From a virus, in IMG/VR virus record IMGVR_UViG_3300029789_000007: 63,700 bases of DNA; one strand, given 5' to 3'. Below, in pieces: positions 10,010 through 19,746 of the stretch. The position numbers were made by a program, and so were the translations under genes. Position 1 is the stretch's first letter, and each line of letters begins with the position of its first letter. The notes below the pieces were generated by a model. The model was not told where the DNA came from. It ran no database searches and worked only from the letters and a program-made list of their open reading frames with translations.

Positions 10010-10510
10010 ATGGCAACAGGTTTAAAAAGTAGAATTGCTTACAAGACACCAACCGCATCCACCACAAGTGGCGATTATTGGGCTGGAACTTACAAGCTCT
10101 TACTTAGAGCAAAATCAATTCCCTCACCATTCGGTTCACAAAACATGGTAGATACTTCAACTCTTGAGGATTTAGTAGAGACACAGGAAATGGGTAGACG
10201 TTCAGCCGGTTCTATGGAAGTTGAGGGAGCTTTTGAGAAAAAGTATAAGGATGAGATGGTAACTAACGAGGGCAAGAAGCTCGACTTTATCATTCTTTAT
10301 GGTACAGACGGAAAAGGTTCAGAGGGTATCTGCGCTTTTATCGGTCAGGAATCATTCGCCCCAGGTGAAGCTTCCGATGACCACTTAACAGGAACTGCGA
10401 CTGTATCAGTTCAGACAGTGCCTAAGTGGATTGAGGATAACTACGAGGTTGCGGTAACAGAGGATGACCAAGGCTATCCAACAGCAATCACACTCACAAA
10501 AAAAGGGTGA
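10010..10510 (+). CDS. Major tail protein
   Basis: 166 aa, strong AGGAGG RBS, upstream of chaperone pair and tape measure, flanked by terminators. Confidence 0.55.
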   Translation: MATGLKSRIAYKTPTASTTSGDYWAGTYKLLLRAKSIPSPFGSQNMVDTSTLEDLVETQEMGRRSAGSMEVEGAFEKKYKDEMVTNEGKKLDFIILYGTDGKGSEGICAFIGQESFAPGEASDDHLTGTATVSVQTVPKWIEDNYEVAVTEDDQGYPTAITLTKKG

Positions 10511-10594
10511 GCCAATCGGAAAAAGCCGTAGCGGTTGGCTATGATGATAGCACGGCTGACAGCGAACTTGAAGAAACAATATAGTAAGGTAATT

Positions 10595-10620
10595 GAGGCA
10601 GTGTTAAAACTGCCTCTTTC
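10595..10620 (+). terminator. Intrinsic terminator-like hairpin after the major tail gene
   Basis: gaggcag/tgttaaaa/ctgcctc then tttc. Confidence 0.5.
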
Positions 10621-10653
10621 CCTATATAAATTAGGGAGAAAGGGAAAGATAAA

Positions 10654-11058
10654 ATGAAAATTAAATTAAACGGAAAAGAGTATACAGTTAAATTCGGATA
10701 TGCACCGGTATATAAGAATAAAATTATCCCAAGGCTCGTAGGAATGGAGCAAAAGGGCGAGGGACTTGAAGTCATTGACAACATGCTTGGATTTTTACCG
10801 GAGTTTTTGCTCGTGGGCTTGCAAAAGTTTCACGCTGACGAATTTGGCTTTGATTTTGACGATAAAGAAGCAAAAGAGAAGCAATTAGCGAAGATGTATG
10901 ATTTGCTTGACGATTATCTCGACCCAGAGAATGAAGAGGGTGGAGATATAATGTCGCTCTACAACGATTTGTCGGCTGAAATGGAGAAAAACAGTTTTTT
11001 ATCAAAGATGCTGGCGAAAGAGGTACAGACAGCCAAGAAGAAACCAATCAAGAAGTAA
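10654..11058 (+). CDS. Tail assembly chaperone (gpG-like short form)
   Basis: Acidic 134 aa between major tail and tape measure genes. Confidence 0.65.
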   Translation: MKIKLNGKEYTVKFGYAPVYKNKIIPRLVGMEQKGEGLEVIDNMLGFLPEFLLVGLQKFHADEFGFDFDDKEAKEKQLAKMYDLLDDYLDPENEEGGDIMSLYNDLSAEMEKNSFLSKMLAKEVQTAKKKPIKK

Positions 11059-11453
11059 AAGAGCTTACATGGGAAGTATATTGTAACGAAATCCGCCCAT
11101 ATTGGCTTTTAGCAACTAAAGGCTATGGATTTAGCGTTGAGGACATAGACATGTCTTGTCCGGCTGATTTAGAGCCTTATTCAAAGGCTTATATGCTTGC
11201 ACAAAAAGAAGCCGACTCTAACATGTGGGCTTGGTGGGGCACATACGGATTGAGCGCAACTCTTACAGCTATCGACAGGGCATTGAACGGCAACAAAGCG
11301 AGAGCAAAATACATTGAGAAATCATTAAATGAGCAATACTCAAAAGATAACGAGCCTAAATACAAGGAGTCTAACGAGGAAATTGCCGTTTATGAAATGA
11401 AGCAACGAATTAACGCATTAAGACAGGTGGGATTACCTGAAAGTCCTGACTAA
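10654..11453 (+). CDS. Tail assembly chaperone long form (gpGT-like) made by -1 frameshift near 11001
   Basis: Overlapping -1 ORF downstream of a canonical X_XXY_YYZ site in the conserved G/GT position before the tape measure. Confidence 0.55.
10995..11001 (+). promoter_or_regulatory. -1 programmed ribosomal frameshift slippery heptamer T_TTT_TTA
   Basis: Zero frame reads AGT TTT TTA. The -1 frame is open from 10980 to 11453 (traced codon by codon); the zero frame stops at 11056-11058. Confidence 0.6.
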
Positions 11454-11465
11454 TGAGGTGAAAAT

Positions 11466-12524
11466 ATGGCATATAAAGGAATTGACGTATCGTCATATCA
11501 AGGAAATATTGATTGGAGTAAGGTTAAGTGGGCTGGAGTGCAATTTGCAATCCTTAAAATAATTCGCAAAGACCTTAATCCGGATAAGACCTTTGAGCAA
11601 AATTGGAAAGGCTGTACTGATGTAGGAATGCCAATACAAGGTGTTTACAACTACTCATACGCTACAACAGTAGATAAGGCAAAGACAGACGCACAGAGAG
11701 TGATTGAGGTACTTAACGGAAGAAAAACTTTCGTTTGGTTAGATGTTGAAGATAAATGTCAGCAAGGACTCGGACAGACACTTATTGATATTATCAACAC
11801 ATATCAGAGCGTTATCAAAAGTACCGGGCTTAACTTCGGTGTATACACAGGACTTAGCTTTTACAATCAGTACATTGCGCCATACGCAAATCAGATTAAT
11901 TGTCCGTTTTGGATAGCACGTTATCCGTCAACTAAAGGAATGTCTATTGGTGATGAGCCTAATAGCGCAAAGAAGCCTGTTATTCAACATCCTCTGTATG
12001 GCTGGCAGTATTCAAGCGCGTTTACTTGTAGCGGTCTGAATAACAGTACTGACGCTAACTTACTCTATGTTGAGCTTGGTAAGGGCGATGGAATAGAGAA
12101 TAATCCGGCACCAGTAGCAACTCCGACACCAATAGCAACTCCGGTAAAGAATAACGCTTGGAAAGGCAATGAGGAGTATTACCTCGATAATAATGATGTA
12201 AGAAAATGGCAGCACGCTATGAATGTAGGCTTCGACCTCAAAGGAGCTGATGTACTGAAAGAAGATGGTAAATTTGGAGCCAACTCGCAGGCATTCGCAA
12301 AAAACCACAATCTGTGGAGTGGTCAGAAACATTACTGCCCGACAGCCATTAAGTGGTTGAGAAAAACTCTACATGACAAGTATCATTTCTACAAACTTGA
12401 TACTGATTATAAAGAGTGGAGTGACTACCTCACTAAATGTGTCATGGTATTTCAAAAGAATAGAGGTCTTAAGCAAGATGGATATGTTGGATTGATTACA
12501 ACATACTATCTGCTCAAAGACTAA
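11466..12524 (+). CDS. Endolysin: GH25 muramidase plus two PG_binding_1-like repeats
   Basis: GIDVSSYQGNIDWSKVKWAGVQFAILKI (GH25 N-terminus); C-terminal KEDGKFGANSQ and LKQDGYVGLITTYYL peptidoglycan-binding repeats. Confidence 0.85.
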   Translation: MAYKGIDVSSYQGNIDWSKVKWAGVQFAILKIIRKDLNPDKTFEQNWKGCTDVGMPIQGVYNYSYATTVDKAKTDAQRVIEVLNGRKTFVWLDVEDKCQQGLGQTLIDIINTYQSVIKSTGLNFGVYTGLSFYNQYIAPYANQINCPFWIARYPSTKGMSIGDEPNSAKKPVIQHPLYGWQYSSAFTCSGLNNSTDANLLYVELGKGDGIENNPAPVATPTPIATPVKNNAWKGNEEYYLDNNDVRKWQHAMNVGFDLKGADVLKEDGKFGANSQAFAKNHNLWSGQKHYCPTAIKWLRKTLHDKYHFYKLDTDYKEWSDYLTKCVMVFQKNRGLKQDGYVGLITTYYLLKD

Positions 12525-12530
12525 ATACAT

Positions 12531-12561
12531 GAGAGCTACTTTAGTGTAGCTCTCTTTTTTA
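12531..12561 (+). terminator. Intrinsic terminator
   Basis: gagagctac/tttagt/gtagctctc then tttttt. Confidence 0.7.
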
Positions 12562-12583
12562 TTACATACAGGGAGGTGAGAAA

Positions 12584-15500
12584 ATGGCAGAGAGCATTGA
12601 GCTTCAAATCAAGTCAGACGCACAACAAGCGACTAGAGCCATAGGCAATTTACAAGCTAAGCTGCAAGGGCTTGGAGATACTCTCAATTCCCTCAATGGT
12701 GCAAGCATAAGCAATTTTGCGAGCGGAATGTCACAACTTGCAACATCACTTAGAAGCGTGAGCAGTATTGACACACGTACATTTAGCAAGATTGCCACTA
12801 ACATGGAAAAGCTTGGCAACCTTGATACTGCAAGGCTTGTCAGCTCGGCAAGCGCCTTAAAGAGCATGGCAACAGAATTGTCAGGCTTTGCGAGCATATC
12901 AAAGCAATCAGCAGAAATTACACAGCTAACAGCTTCAATTTCAAAGCTTGGCTCAAAATCAGCCGGATACGCTGCGGAGAATATCAGAAACCTTGGCAGT
13001 GCCTTGAAAGAGGTAATGACAACATTATCTAACGCACCGAGAGTCAGCAACAACATTATTCAAATGACCAATGCACTTGCTAATCTGTCACAGCAAGGCT
13101 CAAAAGTCGGCTCGGCTAGTAGGTCACTTGTAACAGGCTTTTCAAACACAACTAAGTCAATTAAGAGTACAAGAAGTGGATTCAGGGGCTTAGCTTCAAC
13201 TATCGGTAAGTTTTACGCAACTTATTGGTTGGTTATGCGAGCTGTCGGAAAGCTAGGCGGTGCAGTTGATTTAGCGAGCCAATTAACAGAGGTTCAAAAC
13301 GTAGTAGATACCACGTTTGGTGACATGGCAAGCAAAGTTGATGACTTCACAAAGACATCAATTCAAGATTTTGGAATGTCAGAACTGACAGTTAAGCAAA
13401 TATCAAGCCGTTTCCAAGCACTGGGTACTTCTATAGGTATTTCGTCAGAGCAAGTGGCAAATGGTACGGCAGTGGCAAATAAAGCTCTTATGAGTCAAAA
13501 TAACACGCTATACAAGACTACAGACAGTATGGCTGATATGTCACTTAATCTTACAAGATTAGCTGGCGATATGGCTTCGTTCTACGATGTAGACCAAGCT
13601 GATGTAGCAAAGAGCTTACAATCTATTTTTTCGGGAACAATAGCACCGCTAAGGAGATACGGACTTGATTTAACACAAGCCACACTTTCAGAATGGGCTA
13701 TGAAAAACGGATTTGACGCAAATATTAAATCCATGACGCAAGCTGAAAAGGTATTGCTAAGATATAATTATGTCATGGCAAATACGCAAGCTGCACAGGG
13801 TGATTTTGCCAAGACCGCAAATACCTGGGCTAACAGTGTAAGAGTCCTTAAGCAAGAGTTCCAAGCATGGGGCAGTATCATAGGTAGCGTAGTAATCAAT
13901 GCTTTAAAGCCATTTGTCCAAGCCTTAAGTAAAGTAATGCTCAAGGTTATCAGCTTTACAAGAACTGTAGCTGATGCACTCGGAGCAATCTTCGGATGGA
14001 CTATCGAGATAAGCGGTCGCGGTGCCACGGCTGACGGCATGGAGGACATAGCTGACGGAGTGGGCGATATTGGCGATAATGCTGATAGTTCTAATAAGAA
14101 AGCCCAAAAACTGAAAAAGACACTGCTTAGCATAGATGAGATACACGCACTTGACGATAACAGCGATAGTGGCAGTGGCGGAGGCTCAGGCAGTGGCGGT
14201 TCCGGTGGCGGTGGAGCTGGCGGTGGTGTTGACAGTTCGCTGAAAAAGACTGATGGATTGCTCGAAAAATACAAATCATCAATCAAAGACCTTTACTCAC
14301 TCGGAAAGTACATCGGTGACGCTCTTGCGAGTGCTATGGAGAGCATTGATTGGAAGAAGATATATCAGAAAGCTGACAATTTTGGAAAAGGACTTGCAGA
14401 TTTCCTGAATGGTTTAATCAGCCCAAGACTCTTTTATGATTTGGGCGCAACAATAGCCGGTTCACTGAACACAGCTTTGCATTTTCTCAATTCATTCGGC
14501 ACAACATTCGATTGGGCTAATTTTGGCTTGTCGATTGCTAACGGCATTAATGGATTTTTTGAGAATTTTGATTTTGCGTTATTAGCAAAAACTATTAACG
14601 CATGGGTACAAGGAATATACACCATGCTAACCACGGCAATTAAAAATGTGTCGTGGAAAGACGTACTCAAAGGAATTACGGACTTTTTAAGCAATTTAGA
14701 CATTAAAACTGTTGAGATAATAGTTGGCACATTGCTGATAAAAAAGATAATTTCGTTAAAATTGGGTTCAGTGGCACTCGCTTTTATTGGAAAATCATTA
14801 TCAAAAGCGATAGCACAGGCAATAGCTTCAAAAATTGGATTTGAGCTTGTAGAAGGAGCTGGTATTGGAACAGCAATAATGCAAGCATTTAAAACCATTT
14901 TCGCCTCATTGTCAACAAATCTTGGATTACTCATAGAGGGATTATTTAGCGGCTTAAGCTTGGGTGATGCAATAACAGCCGCATTCGGAACAGGGGCAGT
15001 AGACCTATTAGCAACAATTGGTTCTGCTTTTTCGGCAATAGCCGGAACAATTTTATCTATTGTAAATTTTGTCAAAATGTTAAAAGACGGATTTAGTTGG
15101 ATAAATGAAATTCTAATGGTAATAGGTGTTGCATTAGCCACAATCGGAGCAATATTAGCTGGTGTGGCAGCATTGCCGGCGGTAATTGTTGGAGCAATAG
15201 TAGCGGCAGTATCAACAATCGTTGTTTTAGTAAAAGATAATTGGAACACAATTTGTGAACTATTTTCAACGGTTGGCGATTGGTTCAATGGAAATGTCAT
15301 TGAGCCTGTAGTTTCGTTTTTTAAAGATATGTGGAAAACCATAAGTGGCTTTTTCGGTTCTCTATGGAAAGACATAGTAACTGTGTGGCAAGGAGCTTCG
15401 AAATGGTTTAGTTCCACAGTAATTGAGCCGATAGTTGGCTTTTTTAAAGGCTTTGCTACACGAGCACAACAGATTTTTCAAGGTGTTTGGATAATAATTC

Positions 15501-16357
15501 AAGCAATTTGGATAGTAGCTTCAAGTTGGTTTAATAATAATGTGATTACTCCAATTTCAAATCTGTTTAACTTTTTAAAAACACTTATACAGACAACGAT
15601 ACAGACAGCAAAAGATTTTGTATTTTCAACATGGCAAGGGGTGGCAAGTTGGTTTAGCGGTACAGTAATACAACCGATTTCAAACTTTTTTAATATGTTG
15701 AAAGCTGGTATAACATCGGCACTTAGCACAGCAAAGAACTTTGTTATATCTACTTGGCAAAGCGTGGCGGGTTGGTTTAATGGCAATGTTATTTCACCTA
15801 TCACAAACTGCTTTAATATTATGAAAAATGGAATTACAAGCGCATTTAATTATGTGTGGAGTTCAATAAAAGGCGGTGTTACAGGAGCTATGAACTACGT
15901 TATTTCTAAAATAGAGAATGGTGTTAATTTTGTTGTCAGTGGAATTAACTCTTTATTAAGAGGATTTAACAAAGTTGTTTCTATGGCTGCTAAGGTGGCC
16001 GGTGCAAATTGGAACGGAGTATCGTTAGTCCCGAAAGTACATATTCCAAGGCTTGCTAGTGGCGGAATTTTCCCAAGGGGAGAGGACGGCATGGCTTTTA
16101 TTAATCACAACGAGCTGGTCGGTAAATTCTCAAACGGCAAAAACGTAGTTGCAAATAACCAACAAATCACAGAGGGAATTAAGCAGGCTGTCATGGAGGG
16201 CATGGCACAAGTAATGATGAACTCTAATGCCGGCGGAAACTCTGCACCTATCATTGAAAACGTGTTCAAATGCGACAGCGAAACGCTCTATCGCATGACA
16301 CAGGTAGGTAAAGCAAAGCACGGGCAACGATATATTGTAGCAAATGAATTTGGCTAA
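12584..16357 (+). CDS. Tape measure protein
   Basis: 1257 aa with helical N-half, GSGGGSGSGGSGGGGAGGG linker, TM-rich centre and about five W-x-x-VI-x-PI-x-x-FF repeats near the C-terminus; canonical position. Confidence 0.85.
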   Translation: MAESIELQIKSDAQQATRAIGNLQAKLQGLGDTLNSLNGASISNFASGMSQLATSLRSVSSIDTRTFSKIATNMEKLGNLDTARLVSSASALKSMATELSGFASISKQSAEITQLTASISKLGSKSAGYAAENIRNLGSALKEVMTTLSNAPRVSNNIIQMTNALANLSQQGSKVGSASRSLVTGFSNTTKSIKSTRSGFRGLASTIGKFYATYWLVMRAVGKLGGAVDLASQLTEVQNVVDTTFGDMASKVDDFTKTSIQDFGMSELTVKQISSRFQALGTSIGISSEQVANGTAVANKALMSQNNTLYKTTDSMADMSLNLTRLAGDMASFYDVDQADVAKSLQSIFSGTIAPLRRYGLDLTQATLSEWAMKNGFDANIKSMTQAEKVLLRYNYVMANTQAAQGDFAKTANTWANSVRVLKQEFQAWGSIIGSVVINALKPFVQALSKVMLKVISFTRTVADALGAIFGWTIEISGRGATADGMEDIADGVGDIGDNADSSNKKAQKLKKTLLSIDEIHALDDNSDSGSGGGSGSGGSGGGGAGGGVDSSLKKTDGLLEKYKSSIKDLYSLGKYIGDALASAMESIDWKKIYQKADNFGKGLADFLNGLISPRLFYDLGATIAGSLNTALHFLNSFGTTFDWANFGLSIANGINGFFENFDFALLAKTINAWVQGIYTMLTTAIKNVSWKDVLKGITDFLSNLDIKTVEIIVGTLLIKKIISLKLGSVALAFIGKSLSKAIAQAIASKIGFELVEGAGIGTAIMQAFKTIFASLSTNLGLLIEGLFSGLSLGDAITAAFGTGAVDLLATIGSAFSAIAGTILSIVNFVKMLKDGFSWINEILMVIGVALATIGAILAGVAALPAVIVGAIVAAVSTIVVLVKDNWNTICELFSTVGDWFNGNVIEPVVSFFKDMWKTISGFFGSLWKDIVTVWQGASKWFSSTVIEPIVGFFKGFATRAQQIFQGVWIIIQAIWIVASSWFNNNVITPISNLFNFLKTLIQTTIQTAKDFVFSTWQGVASWFSGTVIQPISNFFNMLKAGITSALSTAKNFVISTWQSVAGWFNGNVISPITNCFNIMKNGITSAFNYVWSSIKGGVTGAMNYVISKIENGVNFVVSGINSLLRGFNKVVSMAAKVAGANWNGVSLVPKVHIPRLASGGIFPRGEDGMAFINHNELVGKFSNGKNVVANNQQITEGIKQAVMEGMAQVMMNSNAGGNSAPIIENVFKCDSETLYRMTQVGKAKHGQRYIVANEFG

Positions 16358-16386
16358 GACACTCACCCTTGCGTGGGTGTCTTTTT
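16358..16386 (+). terminator. Intrinsic terminator
   Basis: gacactcac/ccttgc/gtgggtgtc then ttttt. Confidence 0.6.
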
Positions 16387-16404
16387 ATGTGAGGTGATGT
16401 ACAT

Positions 16405-16761
16405 ATGGCGATGATGTTAGTAGACGGAGTGGAATTACCTACTCCGTCAAGCTTTGAATGGGGCTTGATTGATGTGTCTGCAAGCGATAGTGGACGTACA
16501 CAGGACGGCAAAATGCACAAGAATAGAATAGCGCAGAAACGGCAACTTAAATTGTCGTGGAATGGTACAGACAAGGCTAGGACAGCAAAGATACTTCAAA
16601 TGGTGAACCCCGAATATATCAGAGTGACATATCCTGACGCTATGAGCGGAACTGATGAAACACGTACATTCTATGTGGGTGACAGAACCGCACCTATCAA
16701 GATATGGACTGTTGGCAATAAGAGGTATGAGGTATTAAGCTTTCCTCTCATAGAAGAATAA
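16405..16761 (+). CDS. Small distal-tail-like component
   Basis: 118 aa directly after the tape measure; positional call. Confidence 0.35.
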   Translation: MAMMLVDGVELPTPSSFEWGLIDVSASDSGRTQDGKMHKNRIAQKRQLKLSWNGTDKARTAKILQMVNPEYIRVTYPDAMSGTDETRTFYVGDRTAPIKIWTVGNKRYEVLSFPLIEE

Positions 16762-16773
16762 GGCGGTGATTAA

Positions 16774-19206
16774 ATGCTAAACGTATCAGCTAAATGGCAA
16801 AGGGCAGTAATGCTCGATAATGACATAAACGTAAATTGTTTTGCTGACATAGTTACGGCAAGTGGCGAGAAAATCCCTATTAGTGATAGTGAGCTGTGGG
16901 CGAATGGCTTCGAAGTTAATGACTCAACATCAAGCAATGGTACTTTCACAATCGGGGCTTTGATTGCCGGAAAACTGAAAATTAAGCTGAATAATATTTA
17001 TGAAGATTACAACAAGTATGATTTTGATAAGGCAAGTGCAACAGCATATGTTTCAAAAAGCTTTTCTGACGGCACAACCGAAAAACTAAAAATCGGTGAG
17101 TATAGAGTCAGCGAGACGAGCTATGATGGCTCACTCATAACGCTTACTTGCCTTGACAATATTAATAATTTCAATCGCGAGTACGATAGCAATTTAAGCT
17201 ACCCTACGACAGCATATGAGGTAGTCAGAGACGCTTGTATTAAGTGTGATGTACCTTTTACTATGGCGAGATTCGATAACTCTGATTACGTGATTAACGA
17301 GATACCGAGTGATAATCAAAAGCTCACATATGGACAGGCTATAGCTTACATTTTGCAGTTAAGCGGATTATGGGGCAAATGCGGTCATGATGGCGAATTG
17401 CTTATCGAGTGGTATGATATGAGCCAGTTTGGGAGCCAAAATTACAATGGCGGAACTTTTAGCACAAAAACTACACCATACTCTGACGGAGACAGCGTTG
17501 ATGGTGGAAAGTTCACCGACTATTCAAGTGGAGATAGTGCTGATGGTGGAACATTCACGGAGGCGAGAAATTACCACAATATTTACACGCAAAAAGACTT
17601 GAATGTTGCGACCGATGATGTTGTTATCACCGGGGTAAAGGTAACTGTAACCTCAAAAGAGGACAAGACAAAAGATGTTAATGCTCTTGCCGGAAAAGAG
17701 GAATATGTAGTCTCAATCTCTGACAATCCCTTCATTCCGGCAGACAAGGCACAGACAGTTGCAAACTATATCTTCAAAAAAATCGGTGGCATGAGGTTTA
17801 GACCTCTTGACGCTACGCTCTTGTCAAACCCACTGATTGAGAGCGGAGATGTGGCGCTTGTGACAGACCGCAAGCAGAATACCTATAGCTGTTTTATTTC
17901 CAACCGAACATTTACAGTTGGAAGTGGCACTAAAATTTCGTGTGATGCCGAAAATGCCTCAAGAAATAGTGCTGATAAATTCAGTAATGAGACAAAGGCT
18001 GTCGTACAAGCTAGGAAAGTTGCGCAGGCACAATTAAGCGTATATGACAAGCAAATGCAATTGCTGACACAGTTAATGTCTCAATCACTTGGGCTTTTTA
18101 AGACTGAACAGGTGCAAGAGGATGGCTCAATTATTTACATTATGCACAATAAAGCTGACCTTAATTCAAGCAATATACAGTGGAAAATGACAGCTAATGG
18201 CATGGCTGTATCAAGCGATTATGGTAAAACGTGGAATGCCGGAGTTGATAAAGACGGAAACGCTATTTTCAATATTATGTCGGCCATCGGCATTAATTTT
18301 GACTGGGCGCATGGTGGTACGCTCACTCTAGGCGGTGAGAATAACACAAACGGCAAGCAGTATGTCAAAGACGCAAAAGGAAAAATTCTGATTACGCTTG
18401 ATAACAAGGGCATTACGCTCGCTGACGGAGTGAGTATTTCGTGGAACAATATCTCAGACCAACCCGATTTTGCAACAAACGATAAGTTAAACGAATTAAA
18501 AGACAATATTGGCTATACGCAAATAGGAAAAGAGTATGTTATTTCCCCAAAAATTGTAGGAGCATACGGCGAATTTACAAAAGCTTTCAATGTTGATGTT
18601 GTCAACCCGTCCACAGGACTCAATCAAAGTTTTTGGGCGCAAGACGCGGAAACAGGGACAAAAATAAGCGGAAATTACAGTGGAAATGATATTGATAATA
18701 ATCTTACAGTAAATCCAGAGGGAGCAAACCTTTTTTCAAACGTTGGAGGACATACTAGCGGTATGGGCTGTGGCGGTGGCTTTGCAAGCATAAACGGTGA
18801 AACGGTTAATGTAAGTGGAACTAACGTTGATATTACCGCAAACAATTTGACTCTTAATGGGGTTGAAACTGTTTTTGGCTCAAAAACATTTACCAATGAA
18901 AACGGCTGGTATTGGAGACAGTGGACAGATGGATATATAGAAATGTGGGGAAGTTTTCCCGCGACTGTCTCGTTTGGCTCTAAATATGGTAGTCTGTATT
19001 ATACTTATGGAAGCGTATATATGCCAGACGGAATAAAAAGTATCTTACATACTACAGGTACTGTGTTTTGTAGCGCCGGCGGGTTGTATTCTATTTTTTT
19101 TACAAGATGGAGCAGTAATGAGTTGGGGTTTTGTATAAACTCGGCTGCTGCAGAAACAAACAAACAATTGTATTTACAACTTCACGTTTTAGGCAAATGG
19201 AGATAA
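16774..19206 (+). CDS. Tail-associated / baseplate structural protein (Tal-like)
   Basis: 810 aa, second gene after the tape measure; no enzymatic motif recognised. Confidence 0.5.
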   Translation: MLNVSAKWQRAVMLDNDINVNCFADIVTASGEKIPISDSELWANGFEVNDSTSSNGTFTIGALIAGKLKIKLNNIYEDYNKYDFDKASATAYVSKSFSDGTTEKLKIGEYRVSETSYDGSLITLTCLDNINNFNREYDSNLSYPTTAYEVVRDACIKCDVPFTMARFDNSDYVINEIPSDNQKLTYGQAIAYILQLSGLWGKCGHDGELLIEWYDMSQFGSQNYNGGTFSTKTTPYSDGDSVDGGKFTDYSSGDSADGGTFTEARNYHNIYTQKDLNVATDDVVITGVKVTVTSKEDKTKDVNALAGKEEYVVSISDNPFIPADKAQTVANYIFKKIGGMRFRPLDATLLSNPLIESGDVALVTDRKQNTYSCFISNRTFTVGSGTKISCDAENASRNSADKFSNETKAVVQARKVAQAQLSVYDKQMQLLTQLMSQSLGLFKTEQVQEDGSIIYIMHNKADLNSSNIQWKMTANGMAVSSDYGKTWNAGVDKDGNAIFNIMSAIGINFDWAHGGTLTLGGENNTNGKQYVKDAKGKILITLDNKGITLADGVSISWNNISDQPDFATNDKLNELKDNIGYTQIGKEYVISPKIVGAYGEFTKAFNVDVVNPSTGLNQSFWAQDAETGTKISGNYSGNDIDNNLTVNPEGANLFSNVGGHTSGMGCGGGFASINGETVNVSGTNVDITANNLTLNGVETVFGSKTFTNENGWYWRQWTDGYIEMWGSFPATVSFGSKYGSLYYTYGSVYMPDGIKSILHTTGTVFCSAGGLYSIFFTRWSSNELGFCINSAAAETNKQLYLQLHVLGKWR

Positions 19207-19229
19207 TTGATGAAAGCGAGGCGTAATTT

Positions 19230-19745
19230 ATGGCAATTCAAATGAGACGAGGGGCATACGCACAGTTTGACCCCTCAAAAATGAAAGCCGGAGAATGGGC
19301 GGTATCGACCGACTCCGACACGAAAAAACAGCAGATATGGATGTGTTTCGCGCCCGGAATAGTTAAGCGAATGGGAACTGTTGAGGATTTTGACTTTGAA
19401 ATTCAAAGACTTATTCAGAGTTACCTTGACGGCATGGCTCAATCCGTGTCACAGGCTCAAAAATCAGCACAAACTGCGACAGAAAAAGCTAACTCGGCAA
19501 GCAGTTCTGCTTCTCAGGCTCAAAAATCAGCGCAAACTGCTTCGCAAAAAGCAAACGAGGTCGCGCAAGTTTCAGGAAAGATTGATACGGCGGTAAGTCA
19601 AGCAAACGCAGCTACAAAGGCTGCAAATGAAGCTGCACAAAGAGCAGAACAACAAGCCGGACTAGTCGAGCAGAAAGCAAACGGAAGAGGCATTACTTTT
19701 TCCGTGACAAGTGCCGGATTACTCAATGTAAGCAAGGAGGACTAA
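19230..19745 (+). CDS. Tail fibre protein with Mtd-N/hyaluronidase-type N-terminal motif and SQAQKSAQTA repeat
   Basis: MAIQMRRGAYAQFDPSKMKAGEWAVSTD matches the xRRGxxAxxxxxxLxxGE fibre N-terminus; internal 63-nt-spaced duplication. Confidence 0.5.
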   Translation: MAIQMRRGAYAQFDPSKMKAGEWAVSTDSDTKKQQIWMCFAPGIVKRMGTVEDFDFEIQRLIQSYLDGMAQSVSQAQKSAQTATEKANSASSSASQAQKSAQTASQKANEVAQVSGKIDTAVSQANAATKAANEAAQRAEQQAGLVEQKANGRGITFSVTSAGLLNVSKED

Positions 19746-19746
19746 T

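Noticed and set aside
14161-14230. Gly-rich GSGGGSGSGGSGGGGAGGG run as a collagen-like or separate domain gene
   Set aside because: It is in frame within the tape measure ORF and has no Gly-X-Y periodicity. It is a flexible linker.
12604-15804. Long - strand ORFs inside the tape measure gene (12604..13056, 13768..14286, 14434..15417, 15499..15804). Similar antisense or alternate-frame ORFs lie inside terL, portal, capsid and the 16774 gene.
   Set aside because: They lie wholly within long, well-supported + strand genes. They have low-complexity or odd composition (for example the PPPAPPPPEPP mirror of the Gly linker) and no RBS or context. I treat them as shadow ORFs.
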